From: Acanthaster planci
Lineage: Eukaryota
Length of the DNA stretch: 64,000 nucleotides
Reading direction: 5' to 3'
Assembly (NCBI RefSeq): GCF_001949145.1
Contig: NW_019091362.1
Span: forward strand, 372,670-436,669
Part shown: positions 12,700-26,542 of the stretch, in pieces
Layout: the number at the start of each line of letters is the position of its first letter
How positions within the stretch are numbered: the first letter of the stretch is position 1
Notes under the pieces: model-generated
Seen by the model: the letters and a program-made list of their open reading frames with translations, nothing else
What the model was told of the DNA's origin: nothing
The model's database searches: none
Position numbers and translations under genes: made by a program

Positions 12700-14334
12700 G
12701 ATGGGAAACCCCTTGTTGCAGTGCATTACACCCCTAAACAAGTAGAACATTAATCTTTACATTCATTCATCTTAAGTTAAAAACGTAATGTACATGTAAT
12801 CCTTCAAAAACATTTACAGTTGTACATGTACATGTGACTGCTCATGTTCTGCTGATGTGTCCACACAATACAACGGCAAAAGTAACGTGCGTGACAGTAT
12901 CGTCGCCAGATCCCTAATTTTGCCACCTACATGTACTGCCAAGCCTGATACATGTAGGTTTTCAGAGTAAGTGGCGAAACAAGGGACCTTATGACTATAT
13001 GATCATGCACATTATATCAGGTACAGTTCATGGTCCAATATGCACTGTCATTAATTTAATTTCAACTACCGGTAAATGTTGTCATGTTAACATGGCCAAG
13101 TTGTGCAGTATTACATGTGCATAGACTTCCATATGGTGTCGATGTCTGACGAACTTGCTACTGGATAATGATCTGATGTGAAAAATGGATCTTGAGTTTT
13201 CCAGATGTGGAAATATCAGTGGGCATCATAGAAATCATATTGAGTCTGTGTGTGTACAAGATTTTACTGTTTGTATTAGCAATTCATTTTTTGAAATTGA
13301 TATTAGTATAAACTCAATTTGGGTATCAAACTTTGATAGGAGTTATTAACACTGTCCTGTGATGTCACACTATTATTCTGTCTTGCCATTATTTTGCTCA
13401 AATGGAGCGAAGCATATCATTCAGTGTCTTACGAATGGTGCTCTACAGACTAAAGTCACTGTTTAGTTTACATTTAATTCAAAGACCTCTTTAATAATTT
13501 AGGCTCTTTGGCTGAGTTCGGACAGCTTGTTCTGGTAGTTCACGAACAGCTTGATTTGTTGTTTGAGGGTCAGCCGCTCGAATGCCGGGAACGTACAACC
13601 GGTTATCGCTGGTAGTCAGTGGCAAGCAACATGCAACGGCGGAGTCCATGTACATTCTTTGAGAGTTAATGTTTTGATAACTGGGATAAATTCTTTTCCA
13701 TTTAAAAACAAACATTCATTTCTCTGATATGGAAAATTATTAATGCTATTAGGCAAAACTTTCCATTGTCTGTGGCTTTGTAATTAGCCATCTCATTAGT
13801 TAGTTCAAAAATCAAATCTCAATAGTTTTCAGCACATTCCTATGCAACCCCCACAGGGAACCGGTGTGTGATCCTGTTCAAAGAACAGTGTTGTCGGGTT
13901 GTGTTCTTTGAGTGTGAATTATGAGCTTTTGTGCATTATAAAGCTATTTCAAATAACCCATTACAATCTTTACCTTTGTCACATTACAAAACAAGAAGTT
14001 CCGGTATCAATAACACCCATGTCTGGTCGCTTACAGATCAACATTTAAGCTAAAGTTAATCCATACCATGAAAAATTTCAGTTAACGCATGCCTTGAAAA
14101 CAAAAAATGAATATGATATATCACAGAGTCCACAATTTAATCGACTGGCTCAAGGTTTATGTTACACTAAGTATCCCTTGATAGACTACATTTTATCCAA
14201 CATAGTTACATTTCTCCATCCTTAAATACGTTTTAATTCATTAGTACAAGAACTTATTATGCAGTTCAATTCTAGCCTCCAGCACACTTTCAACCAACAT
14301 TTTACTTTATCTGGCACAAGTTTCATACCATTAA

Positions 14335-14385
14335 CCCTAACACTCCTCAGTCCTCCAACAGGTGAAGCATTGAGGAGTGTTAGGG
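14335..14385. mobile_element. 51-bp TTAA-flanked mini-MITE
   Basis: TTAA|CCCTAACACTCCTCA ... TGAGGAGTGTTAGGG|TTAA; 15-bp perfect TIR. Confidence 0.75.
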
Positions 14386-14689
14386 TTAATTTCAGTGCTT
14401 ACTTCACAACGTATAAACCTTAGCTAGCGTAGTCTGTGTACATGTATATAAAAACCAATGTCATTTCACTTCACCTCTGTAAAACATTTCAAAATCGGCA
14501 AACAATTACTGTTTTGGTGCTTGGCAACAAATACTTCTATGCTTAAGTTGACAGTGACAGTTACATGAATGTTTCTAGAGTCTTGATTCTCTAAATTCGC
14601 ACTCCCAAAAGATGTTGTAGCAGAAGTGCCAGTGGCAGGCTTTTTGGCTGTTGTGATGATGCCACTACACCCACGACCATGTACAAGAG

Positions 14690-16078
14690 TTGGCTTTGCA
14701 TTTGAGACTGTCTAATGTGCGTTTCTAGTTTTAGACAGCATTTGATCTATGTCCAGTTACCTCACAGATAAGCTTTTAGGCAATATTCTCCTTTTACAGA
14801 TGCAAGGCAGCACTGGCCCGAAGGGAGTGATTTGTACAGTAAGCAGCGAGTCCTCCTTGTTTGCACACCTGGGCAACAACCTGGGCCAGTTTGTGAAGGC
14901 CAAGTGGCTGAGTAGCATACCAAACCTGTCCTCTCGGCTGAGCCAGTGGTCAAAAGCAAAAAGCGTCTGGTCATTTGTATTCAGGAGGGCAGTGATGCTC
15001 GTACTTCTTGAACAGTGTAACAATACACTGCTCTCTGTCTTCCTTGCTCTCGTACGCATCCACGACCTTTGGCTGAAGGTGACAATGTTTCAAGCTGCCA
15101 TGGTTGATTTTAGAAGCATCCTCTGTGTACGTCAAGAACTTGTCACCATTACTGTCACTATTACTTTGAAGTTGCGACGATTTCCATCGTAAATTCCTCC
15201 TCGACTGTAATCACCTCAGCTTGTTTGCGATGTACACCTAAACCTGCCTTTGCTCGCTCTTTCATAAGTCCGTCAAGTATTTCTCAGCTGTAGGAAATCT
15301 GGATCCGACAAAAACTTGTAGCTTTTGCTTTTTTTAACACAAACTAAAGCTGAACGTAAATCAAAAGCTCATGAAGCGTCTCCCCTGGGTAGTCTTCACT
15401 ATTCTTCTTTTTCACCTCACATGTGAATCTTAATTGCAAGTAATTAAGCTCTTTGGTCATGTTATCCAAATCCACCTTAATGGGGCTGATGTTCAGTGAT
15501 GCATTACAGACAGCTTTCATGTTGTGAAACGTGCCAATCACGAAACAAATCAACGGCCCACTAGATTTTCCGTTCTGTACTCTTAGCAAATTTGTAAATG
15601 TAAAATATTAACATTTAAGACGTTCTCACTTTTCGTAACCCTTGTATTTAGTCTTCTCAGACACAAAAAAACTCTTAGAAAGCTTGTAACTTTGACGAGA
15701 ATTAGGAATCTTGCAAAAAAAACTTTTATCGAAAGTACTTTTTACTTCTCGCAGTAAATAAACAGCTAACATTTACCTTCTTCCTCCAATGTCCACCATT
15801 TCCAAGTCTGCTTTTGGGTCCTTATATCATTTGTAGATCCCTGCAACGTCTGCAAGGGTAGCATATCCCGGTTTGTCATCAGCTTCAGCGACCAGGGTCG
15901 CTGTCAATAGCTCGTCATCAGAAATGTCTTGCGCTATTGGTTCATATTTTATTTTAGACTGGGATAGGATGTCTTCTACATTTAATGAGGCATCTGACAC
16001 GCTGGCAAAATCTTCAGTGTCAGAGCGAAATTTGTTTTGTGTAAGGAAAATACCGCAATCACTGTCAGAACTAGCCAT
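14690..16078 (-). pseudogene. Decayed Crypton-type tyrosine recombinase (DUF3504/ZMYM-QRICH1-KCTD1-related)
   Basis: Minus-strand fragments: ELNYLQLRFTCEVKKKNSEDYPGETLHELL (15344-15589 ORF), ERAKAGLGVHRKQAEVITVEEE (~15200-15265), and VWYATQPLGLHKLAQVVAQVCKQGGLAAYCTNHSLRASAALHL*KENIA*KLICEVTGHRSNAV*N*KRT (~14715-14925), which contains the HxxR and TGH(R)S motifs. Many stops and frameshifts; boundaries approximate. Confidence 0.85.
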
Positions 16079-16459
16079 GTTAAGCTAGCCTTCAGAACGA
16101 AACTAGCAGGGTGCCGTTTGAATCACCCTATTTGACATCTCAGATTATAGCTAGAGCACAAAAACCCATAGAACAAACACAACAATGTAGCCTACGAAAC
16201 TATCCCAGCACAGCTTACTTGATATAGCTTAAAGATTGTATTGTCTGCATTCGGTCACAGCATTTTTTCCAATTATACAAAAACACAACATTTGTGTAAA
16301 CAGCGACGAGTTCTTAGAGGGTATTAAGTACATGTAGGTTAATACACTCTGCAGCATGCCGTTCGGGGTGAGAATTCTCACCCATGAATGGCTCGCTCCT
16401 TGTGTATTATCCTTGATGATGTAAGAGTACATGTACATGCATGATTGGCCAATGCATGA

Positions 16460-16642
16460 GTTGGAAATTAATTTTGGATTTTGCCATGCCCGACGCGTAT
16501 TTTAACACTGTATGCTCGGTGTATGCCCCCAAAGGCTTGTGAAAGAACCCACAAGCGTACTCGGGTGGAACTCGAACCCACGACCTCCTGCTTACCAGTG
16601 CAGACGTCTTAACCACTCAACCACTGAGCTTGCCGGTGCCGG
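16460..16642 (-). mobile_element. tRNA-derived SINE (Thr-like head), just upstream of the CWC25 ATG
   Basis: Minus strand reads TGGTTGAGTGGTTAAGACGTCTGCACTGGTAAGCAGGAGGTCGTGGGTTCGAGTTCCACCCGAG followed by a non-tRNA body that is shared with the copy at 33630-33758. Confidence 0.75.
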
Positions 16643-16816
16643 CTGGTGGGCAGGGCAAAATCCAGAATTAATTTACATCTCCCCGGCGCAAATCCATCTT
16701 TGAAATGAGTGGGAAAATTTGATTGTTAGTTTTTGGCTTTTTAAAATTTGTTTCAGGTTGCATTTCTTCCCTGACTGCATCCAATATTCCAAAAGGCAAG
16801 TGAGAACAGCAAGACC

Positions 16817-19800
16817 ATGGGTGGAGGAGATTTGGTAAGGCTTCTTTGGTTTTTTTCAAGAACGACATGGATAGTCAGTGATTGGATTTTATAAAGAGTG
16901 GCATATTCATTTAGTGATTTAATATTTTGATGATTGCAGATGCAACATACGGTGTTATCGTTTTTCCTCATTTCATGATTTTATTAAAATTTAAGGAATC
17001 TCGGTATTTATTTTCTGGCAAAGTAATTTTGGGAATTCAAGCATAGTTGCATAATTTTGTCTTCATTTTGTTTTGCAATACGTTTATGCCAGAGATTTGT
17101 TTCAAACCACACAAAGAATAAAAGTATTTTAGCTGTTATTTGTCTGAAAGCTGAATGTTCATGTTTGATGTGAAAGTCTTGTACAGGTAAGCTGTTTCAT
17201 TATGCAGTCTAAATTGTTTAATCTGTGCTGTGATTGAAACTGTAACCAGTGTTCATTTCACCATCTTTCTTCTTCCAGAATCTCAAGAAGAGTTGGGATC
17301 CCCGTCGACGTGACAACCAGGAGAAGAAGTGGAAGCAAGAGGAAATGGACAAGAACGAGCGACGGAGGTTGAAGGAGCTTCTGGAGGAGCGACAGGAGGA
17401 GAAAGACGTAGATGAGATGAGGAGGCAAGGAGAAGATGCGGGCATCATTGAGTAAGATGTTATGCAGCTGCATCTCACTGATGTACACATTGAAGACAAG
17501 CATTTCTCAACACTGACATAATAGAAGTGAACTTTAGTAATTAACCACTTCATGCCAGGTGACTTTTAGATGTGCAGGGATTTCCGCTGTCCCTAAACAT
17601 GTAGGATATTTAAGTACAGCATGTCAGTTTCTGCATGCAGTACTGGGTAATATTTGGGCTGGTTTCCATGCTTGAGTGATTCCCATTGAGTTTGTACACA
17701 CACACAGGCTCCTAATAATCCATGGATTTTCAGTGTTGTAGCAAACACTGCTCTCTGACATTGTTTCGGAGTTAAGTACTGATAACATGCAAATCTTGAA
17801 CAGATGATTATTAAGGGTCAACAATCATAAAGTCTAACTTTGTAAATAAACTTTGGTAGTGTTATCTTGTCTTTAAAAGTCCTATTTTCAGCCCAAAAGA
17901 ATACTGTGCTTTGGACAAACTCGTTGTGGAATGATACGGTTGGCAAGTGGTTAACTGTAATGCTCCTGGGTGTCTTTGGCAGAAGTCATACCTAAGCACT
18001 TCCTGCCGGGGCAATTATCAATGTTGATGATGCTGGGCCGGGATATTTATCATTTTTTCTGTTTTCAAAATTCTTTAAAAATTCCTATCTTCATTTACTG
18101 GACACTTACAAACATGTGAAGGACTGTCTGGTGGCCCCTCTAGCCTGACAGACAAAATCTATTGACGCCTGAGTATTTCAGCCAGGCCTTCAGCCTTGTA
18201 AAAAGAGCCCAGATTGTGCGGTGTTATATAACTGTCTTTTGTTCACAAACCTGGCTTGGTNNNNNNNNNNNNNNNNNNNNNNCCGCTCGCTCTAAATGCC
18301 CCAAACCATGGTATACTGTTTCAAAACAAGGCTGGATTATCTCCACTTTTGAGAGTGAAAAAATGTCGGTAATGACCAGCAGTCTGGTCTTTTGTTCCGA
18401 GTTCGGTCTTTTGTTACAAGGCCCTGTTCCCTTTGTCCGAGTTCGGAGACCCCCGCCACGCATATAAAGCATACGTGTCCAAATCCGGAATCCCTGGCAG
18501 GAAGTGGTTAACACATCCATGACCATTGTTGTCATAATGAAGTCAGTCCAGTGTATCAAGACCCAATGAGTAACATTCATGCCCTATGATGTGCTTGTTG
18601 CTTGTGGTCTCCATGAAATATACCAAGCCTCTGTAAGCATAAAAAAACTGTGCGCTTAGCAGCGCTGTGAAATTTGGCCCTGGCTGGGATGTTATTTCAT
18701 TAGGGCTCGCTCCTGTTGTCACAGCATTAATACATGTACATGTAGTTGATACCGCTGTTGACAACGTGATGCAACATGGACCCATGGATCAGCACACACA
18801 GTGTTGTTTGGTTGTTCTTTTGAGTACAGGACATCGAGTTTCATTTGGACACACAAAGAGGATGATAACTTTCTTTCGAGGATGATACCGTAGGTCAATC
18901 TAAAACTGGTACTCTGACAGATTTGCTTAAGAATTGGTTTATTTGAAGCAGTTCACGAATTTGTGATATTCCACAAATCATGTTTTCTATGCTCTTTATC
19001 TTTTCTTGACATAATTAGAAAATGCAAGGATCGTGTGGACTGGATGTACAAAGGACCAGAGAGCCACACAAACCCTGATGATTACCTCTTAGGGAAGGAA
19101 GTTGACAAGGCCATCTTGGAATCCCAGAGTGGACAGAAACGGATGACTGAGGTAACTTTCAGAATGAAGCCTTCAAGTTAAACCAAACACCTAGTCAAAA
19201 ATGATGCGGCACAGCCTTTGAATGACAGGGAGTGGAGGGCATTAATCCCCCATGAGCTGTTAATCCATTTACACCTAGGAATGCATACAAGGAAGGTGGA
19301 ATGGGAACATAAAAGAAGTAGGATGGTTCAGGGTCTCCCAATAGGCTTTAAAAAAGTATGAAGATTTCACATGAGATCTCCCACTTCACTTGTGCTTACT
19401 GTATGTTTTTAATAGTGTCATCGTAAGAAAGTTTATCAGGAGTCTTGGCTTATGACTTCACCTCCGCTTGACAAAGTCCATAAGATGTGTGAAAATTTTA
19501 CCCCACCTCAGATGGACCCAAGTCAGTTTTCAATAGATGGCAGGTTAATTTTTGACACCAGCTAATATCTCATTCTTTTCAGGCGCAAGGTGGAATTTCT
19601 TCGGCAGGATCAGTGTTTGGTAGCTCAGCTAGTATTTCTGTTGATGCCAAGGATATGGCCAGGAAAATGAGGGAGGACCCTCTGTTTGCTATCAAGTGAG
19701 TTTGGGACAATCTGACGAATAGCACAGACTTAGACATGAATGCTGGGAGTTGATTAGCCTTGAATTTGAACCAATTTGTTCTTGTCAATGACAGTTGGAC

Positions 19801-22800
19801 AGTTTGTCTTTTAATCTTGGAAGTACAGATGTAAAGGGTCGGCAGTCAACATGAAACATTACGAGTGCAAGAAATGACTCAGTAATGATGTAATTAAGCA
19901 TCGAACCCCCATTCCTATTACATGTAATAGGTACACAATGATAGATATAATTTGGTTTAGGAAAAACAGGTGAAATGGCTTTGATATTCCCAGTCCAACT
20001 TCCATTGTTTTCAGAAAGCGTGAGCTTAACAATCGAAAAGAGCTCGTCAGCAATCCAATCAGAATGAAGCAGCTTCAACAAATGGTAAGCTATTTCATTT
20101 TAGTCTCATTTGCAAATGTAAGGGTAACTTCTTTATGTTGGATGAAGGAATGATCTGAGATAAAAAGAAAGTTGACATTGATAGTTGTTGCTTGTTTTTG
20201 ATACTAGCTACAAACCCAAGTTGGCAGAGACAAGAAGAAGAAAAAACCCAAGAAGCACAAGGAAAAGAGGAGTAAAAAGCATAAGAAGTCACACAGTGTA
20301 TCAAGCGATAGTTCCAGTGAGGAAGATGTTGCTCTTAGTAGCTCTAAGAGACAACTACACCAACAAATATTACCAGAAAGCGGCAAGGTTAAAGTTCATC
20401 GTAGAAATGAGGACAGAAGACGGGATTATGAAAGTAATGATGGTCATGTTCCTTCTGGACGAGACAAACCAAGGATGATGTCATCACTCGACCCAGCGAG
20501 GATGAAAGCACTCCTGGAACGTGAGATGTTCAAGAAGCATAAAAAACGTAGAGATGTTTCGGAGTCGTCGTCCAGTGAGAGCGACTCGGATGAGATGACT
20601 CCTCGAGATCAGGGGAGACAGGAGAAGAAATCCAGGCATTATACAAATGAGGAACACCAATACAGACATAGGTCTCAAGAAAACAAAAGGGATTCCCAGA
20701 TGAGGCAGATAGAAAGGAGTGTATCACCAGAGGTGGTAAAACGGAAACATGGTGCAGAAAGTGAGAAGAGTCCAATGAAATACGGACTGCAGAGAGGAAG
20801 GAGAAAATTACATCCATCAGATACCCCATCACCAGAGAGAGTACCTGGAGATCACACCAAGTATCATCTCTCTGAAAGCAGAGATAGACGTGGTGACAAA
20901 CGCCAGGACAGGTCACCCCACAGGGTAGCTAACAAGAACCGTGAGAAACACGCAGAGAGAAGCCGTGACAGGCGTGGAGACAATAGGTCACTTTCACCAA
21001 AAAGAGACAGATACACTGACAGATACAGTGATGAAAGAGGTGAAAAACACCACAGAAGGGACAAGAGTCATTCAAGGTCACCTGTGAGGGATCATGGGAG
21101 GTCAAGAGAAAGATCTAGGAGGTCACCAAGTAATTCACCACAGAGGCAAAATAGCAGTCCCAAAAAAGCAGCCACTAAAAGGTAATTTCCTAAATGGGCA
21201 GTTATTAACTTCCAAACCAGTATTGTGTAATTTTTGTTTAACTTTAAATGTTTATGCCAGCTAGTTGTCAGTGGCAGGCTGTGTTATTGCAGTCTGCTAT
21301 TTGCATGCAAGGCTGGATGAAAGGCAGCCAACTGGAGCCATCCCCACAGCCCTCCTCAAAAAAAAATTCCCAACATGAAAAAAACTTTTGGAGGGGTTCT
21401 ATATCATTTCTCTTTTCCCAAAAGTGTGTAAAAAGCTCAAAATATAGCCTAACATGAGAAAGACCTGAAATGGTTACACAAAAAGTTTTTTACACCCCCG
21501 GGGAAAAAGTTCATTCTGGGTCCATCCTTGCTTGTATGGGATTTTTACCTCAATCCAAGTGAATCATTTCTTCAGGAAACTGACTGCAGAGGAGATGGAA
21601 CAAAAGCGAGCTGAGATGATGAATAATGCCAAGTGGCGAGATGAACAACGCACGGAAAGAGTCAAAACTTATGAGGTAAAAAAAAGTTTGTTCAAAATGG
21701 CTGCTTCCGTGCCATGTTTAAGACATACCATACCATGAGGGAAAGTGTTGTGTATGTAAATGCACTGTATACCACCAAGGAGGGAAAGAAACGACCAGGG
21801 TGACAACATGTCTCGGATCTACAGTGTGGAGACCATGTTGGGGAACCCTGAGGGAGCTGACCCATCGAAAACCTACATGGTGAAATTGGCAGTCAACTGC
21901 TCCACACTTGTCAGATGATGAGTGGTGTGTACAGGTATAAGGAAGCATGAAATGACATCATGCCAAATATTACAGTATCATTTTTGTTGTTTCAATCGGC
22001 GCTCATGCTACTAAATCTAAAATTGGACCTAATTTGATTCTTTCATCTAACTTCATAACCACTTCATGCTGGGGTACCCGGTTTATACACAAAGCCGGGG
22101 AGCCCAAAGCCAGACAAAAAAGCTGGGCCTTGTCACAAAAGACTGTACTCGGAACAAAAGACTGAGCTGCTGGGAATTGCCAACATTTTTTCAGTTGTCA
22201 ATAGCAGAGCAAATCCATCCTTTCCATCTTTTGAAAGATTATACCACTGTTTATGGCATTCAGCGCGAGCGGATTACCACCAGGGACAAAAGTGCTCCAG
22301 TGATGAGCGATACAATACCGCTGCATGCTAATCTGGCCCCTATGGAAAAGACGTCAGCAGCACACTGTGCCAGTTTTGGGAACAAGAAAATTACAATCTG
22401 GGCTCTTTTTACAAGGTGGCAGGCCTGGCTGAAATACTCTAGCATCAGTAAATGTTGTCTGTCAGATTAACCACCAGAGAGTCATTCATGTGGGTGTAAA
22501 ATATCAATAAATGAAGTTATGAATTTTCAAAGAATTTTGAAAACAGAAAAAAAACAAAAAGTCACCCGGCCTAACAGAATCATAATGGATAAATGGGCCC
22601 GGCGCAAAGTGGCTAAAGAATAGGTGTAGTTTTTCCTCCTTTGTGTTTAAACGCTATCTTTCGTCTTTATTGATAGAAAGAGGAACAAGCCGAGTTGGAA
22701 ATGGATAAAAAGAAATCCAAACGTGCTGAATTTGTTCAGTAAGTGTACCCTGTGTTTCATCTTTTCGAGTCAAATTAATATATAACGTTTCTAACAAAGA

Positions 22801-22977
22801 TCCATTACCTAAACTGAGTCTTGAATGTTCTGTAACATTTGTAACTCTAACCTGTTTTTATTCTTTAGGCCACTGAAGTTACCTGATAACAGTTCCATCG
22901 AGGATCGTATCCATCGGAATATCTACAGCATCCAGCGAACAAAAGCTGCGCTGGACAAGAATTTTGCCAAACGATAA
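16817..22977 (+). CDS. CWC25: Pre-mRNA splicing factor CWC25 (9 coding exons)
   Basis: Exons 16817-16834, 17279-17451, 19019-19151, 19583-19695, 20015-20084, 20208-21181, 21576-21675, 22677-22738, 22869-22977 join in phase via GT-AG. Protein: MGGGDLNLKKSW..., DRVDWMYKGP, DMARKMREDPLFAIK, an RS/K-rich middle, and C-terminal SIEDRIHRNIYSIQRTKAALDKNFAKR*, matching CWC25 signatures. Confidence 0.95.
17545..17950. mobile_element. TTAA-flanked MITE with the same termini but an apparently different interior
   Basis: TTAA|CCACTTCATGCCA ... TGGCAAGTGG|TTAA. Confidence 0.65.
17996..18507 (-). mobile_element. Same MITE family, inverted copy in CWC25 intron 2
   Basis: Reverse complement of 27844-28433 (contains a short N-gap); ends GGCAGGAAGTGG|TTAA. 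Confidence 0.85.
22059..22612 (+). mobile_element. Same MITE family, diverged copy in CWC25 intron 7
   Basis: CCACTTCATGC...AAAGTGG termini; internal blocks GGGCCTTGTCACAAAAGAC..TACTCGGAACAAA and CAATCTGGGCTCTTTTTACAAGG match the other copies. Confidence 0.75.
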
Positions 22978-25900
22978 ATGTACAGAAAACTTCAATGACT
23001 GCGGAGTCTTTGTATATTATGTTAACAGTTTGAATTTTTAAAGAATTTTTTCACAGTTTTTAAGTTGTAACACTTGCTAGACTGTTTGTTTTTGTAGGCC
23101 ATGACATTTCAATTTTAAATGTCTGGGTGAGAATCTTTGATGTAACCATTGGGCGAAATGACACGATTCACACGAGGGCATAATAATGCCAAATAAGTGA
23201 AGTGGCTCAACTGCATCAGAAATAATGCTTTAGATGGTACGGGCACAGTAGAATGGAAAATACACATTGAATCCATGTGTCGTTATAAAATACTTGGAGC
23301 GTTAGATGCACGAAGGGTTCAGTGGCCTACGCATGGCTGCTTCCAAGGCATGCATCTGGAAATTGGTCCAGGATCAGTGGATAGTTGAGACTTGGCTGCA
23401 TGGCTGGAAACAAAAACTGGGTGGCTATGGCTATGGAAGCCACAACCGTAGCAGCTTCTAGAGTACTGAAGTGTGATGTGTGATTTTGAACCAGGAAGTG
23501 TTGCACAAAGGAATGGAGTAGCCACGTGTGTTGATTCATGCACTGGTTCTTATGCTGGTACTTTCACACACATATTTGTATGTGTCGTATTCACTTCAGT
23601 ACTCTATACATGTGCATCTATTCTAACTGACATGTTACTCCAGGCCACAGCTCGTTGATACAGCCGTGCTCAGACCTGCTGTTGGTACATGTACACGCTT
23701 GTGAAAGTGCACGCTGTTACAGACTATTCATTCCGACAGGGCAGCCCACACCTGGACCAGTGTTGGCACAAGCAATATCTGTGCTGTGTAATAAGAATAC
23801 TTGTGGTCCATCTCAACCTGTACAGTAAACCAAACCAGTGAAATGCATTTCATGTCTTACAAATATTTATTTTTTCATGGTTGTAGTGGTTTTATTATGA
23901 TCCAAACAGTGTTCAACTGTGACACACTCCTCTTTCATCAATAATTTACGTCAGTTCAAAGCCAATATCATGGTGAAGGATATGCTGCCGAACCTCAAAT
24001 CTAATGCATTATTCTTCCCAACTTGGTCAGTTGTTATGGGAATTTGTTTCCCCGTGTGGAAAATAATGTAATTACAATTCATCACATCAAGAATTGAAAT
24101 GAAGCAACTCTAACCAAAACGGTTAGCGTGAGTTCATTTTCAGCATATGTAATTCCTTCAGTGCATCAATTTATTTATATACATGTACATGTAAATTCCA
24201 ATCACTGAGGAGACTTTTCAACCAACAATTCTTCCATTCCACAACAAAGAATCCTGGACAGGTTTTTAATGTCTATTAAGCATTTTTACTAAATTATGAC
24301 TCTTGCTTTGTAAGCATCTACATGAATGATGTTTCTTGCAGTGGAAATGAAATCACGTTTTAGACTTGAGTGGGTGTTTTGGTTCCTTTGTACTTGATAA
24401 AGTTCAACAATCAAGTTTAGATTTTATCATCAACAAATATTTAGTTTTTCAATGGCAATTTCACTCGCCAAATCTTCCATCAATATGCCCGGAAACATGT
24501 TAGTATGTAGTTTAAACTCAACTGAGCACCACTATGACAATAACATGCATCTTTGAAAATATCTTGGAAAGTTTTCTTTTTGTGTAACACCGACATTGTT
24601 AAATTTTGTGACCTGGAAGTTTGGAACTGTGCTTCAAAATCTTTCATCTGAAAAAAACAAAGATTGCCTTGATATCAAAATTACAATAAATACCTGAACA
24701 TAAATTTACTGGTGCTTGAAGTTTATAAAATGGTTTAGGGGAGTAAGTTAGTATGCACGCCTTCAAAATGACATCTTAAAAAACAATTTTTTGTTACCTA
24801 CAATGAAAACCTAAACAATGTTCAGAAAAAAATCTTTTTAAGTCGACATCAGTAGCTTTGAAGTCAAGAACGACTACCTCGGAAATCAGATTCAAAACTT
24901 TCTGTTTAGCCTAGAAACTAAATTCCTATTCTGGCTCCGATACATTCATTTTACATGTAGGTCCAAAAGCACTGCAGTACATTTCAAAGCATCAGAATTA
25001 TTTCAACCCAACAACCAGGTCCTTCAGGACACATGGGAAGCTTTCTGTAAAAAAAAAAATCTACAAAATGAAATTCCAACAGATACGTTTTAAGATACTA
25101 AATAATGATGATGTTCAAGGCTTGCTTGTCTTGCAAATGCTTAAAATGCTGTTCTGTTGTCTTTTATACCAGGTTGAACAAGGAAAAAATTAGAATATGA
25201 GAGTGCTGAAAATAACATGAAATAAAGTACACACTCGCCATCTTTTCCCCAACAGAATATCAACAATTTCTTCCTCTCCTTATTTGAATGGCTATGACTA
25301 CATGTACATACATTTCAATACCAACAGCCCCAATGGTTTGGGGCCTGTGCGTTTGTATGTCACCTCACAGTGCAATTTAGCAAGGAACTAGGTAACAGGC
25401 GGTGCCAATGTAAACAGATGCCCAAGTGCTTTTTTGTCCGACAGACAACTGAAGGCAGATGCTCACAGAATTTGACTCTGTTGGGCAGTCAAAAGAAGTC
25501 ACCTTGAGGACATTTGCGAGATCAACTTTCTGAGATTGGCACAGGAATTTATGCAAACAAAGTGGTAATGCGTGCACAAAGCATTTCTAGAATTCCAATT
25601 ACTGCCGAGCATGCCAATATGTTTTTTTAAAAGGATAAAATGTCTCAATTCAAGATGACTACTGATGACTTCCCGTCTCATTTAATCTTGCATGGCAATT
25701 TGGGTTTAGTCTTTAAAACTCGTCACTTTTGGCACATTCTTTGCTCTTTACCAAAACTGCTGCATTAGGCCTCTGTGTGATGTCACAGAGGCAAAGTTGT
25801 AGAGCCAAATTCGCCCATATACTGCAAAACTAGGTACTGAATTGGGAGTCGGGGGGGTATCTAAAGCCATTTTGAAAATTAACCCCACTTTCCCAAATCT

Positions 25901-26228
25901 TTCATCTTCAACTAAAACATTTCCTAAGGTTTAGGTTGTTTGGCACAATTTTGAGGGATGCACTGTCAAGGTCTTGGGCTGGACCTCATTGTGACGCTCA
26001 GCCATGCATGAAAATCAGTGCTGTGGTTTAGACCATCACAAAACCAGTCACAAGATCAGACACGACCGATTACAAGCAACTGGGTGAACACTGCCAAAGG
26101 AATTCCTTTGTGGCAGTTCAGTTGAAGAGCTTACGTCTTGTGATTGTCTTACGGGGTCTTGGCTGCAATACTTATGAACATGTATGTATATGTTGAACTA
26201 GATCACACAGGAAATCATCCACAGAACT

Positions 26229-26291
26229 GCAAACCACTCACGCTGCCCTGGCAAACCACTCACGCTGCCCTGGCAAACCACTCATGCTGCC
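26229..26291 (+). repeat. 21-bp tandem repeat x~3 downstream of the GORASP stop (probable 3' UTR)
   Basis: GCAAACCACTCACGCTGCCCTG repeated. Confidence 0.85.
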
Positions 26292-26542
26292 TTGACATAT
26301 TGGTAGTCACTGTCACAGGATTTTAAAGGATTGGGGAATGAATGGGCACACTTCCAAGAGAAATATTCAAAAGAAGTAAAGGATGAGTTTGCAGCTGTAT
26401 CCAATATGGCACGGTGGCAGTTGGAGAATTTTGCAGGATTCCGAATGCATCCTATAAAAAAGCCGAAGGATGAAGGTGAATCGAGACTGATTGACTGACT
26501 GATTTTGGGAAAAGGAGACAAATTTTCCCTTGGAGAGAGAAT

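Noticed and set aside
16555..16630. Possible tRNA-Thr(GGT) gene
   Set aside because: The acceptor stem is broken and the downstream body is shared with a second copy, so it is a SINE head.
17279..17310. CWC25 KKSWDP instead of human KKSWHP
   Set aside because: This position is variable across eukaryotes as I recall it (yeast has SWNP); not notable without an alignment.
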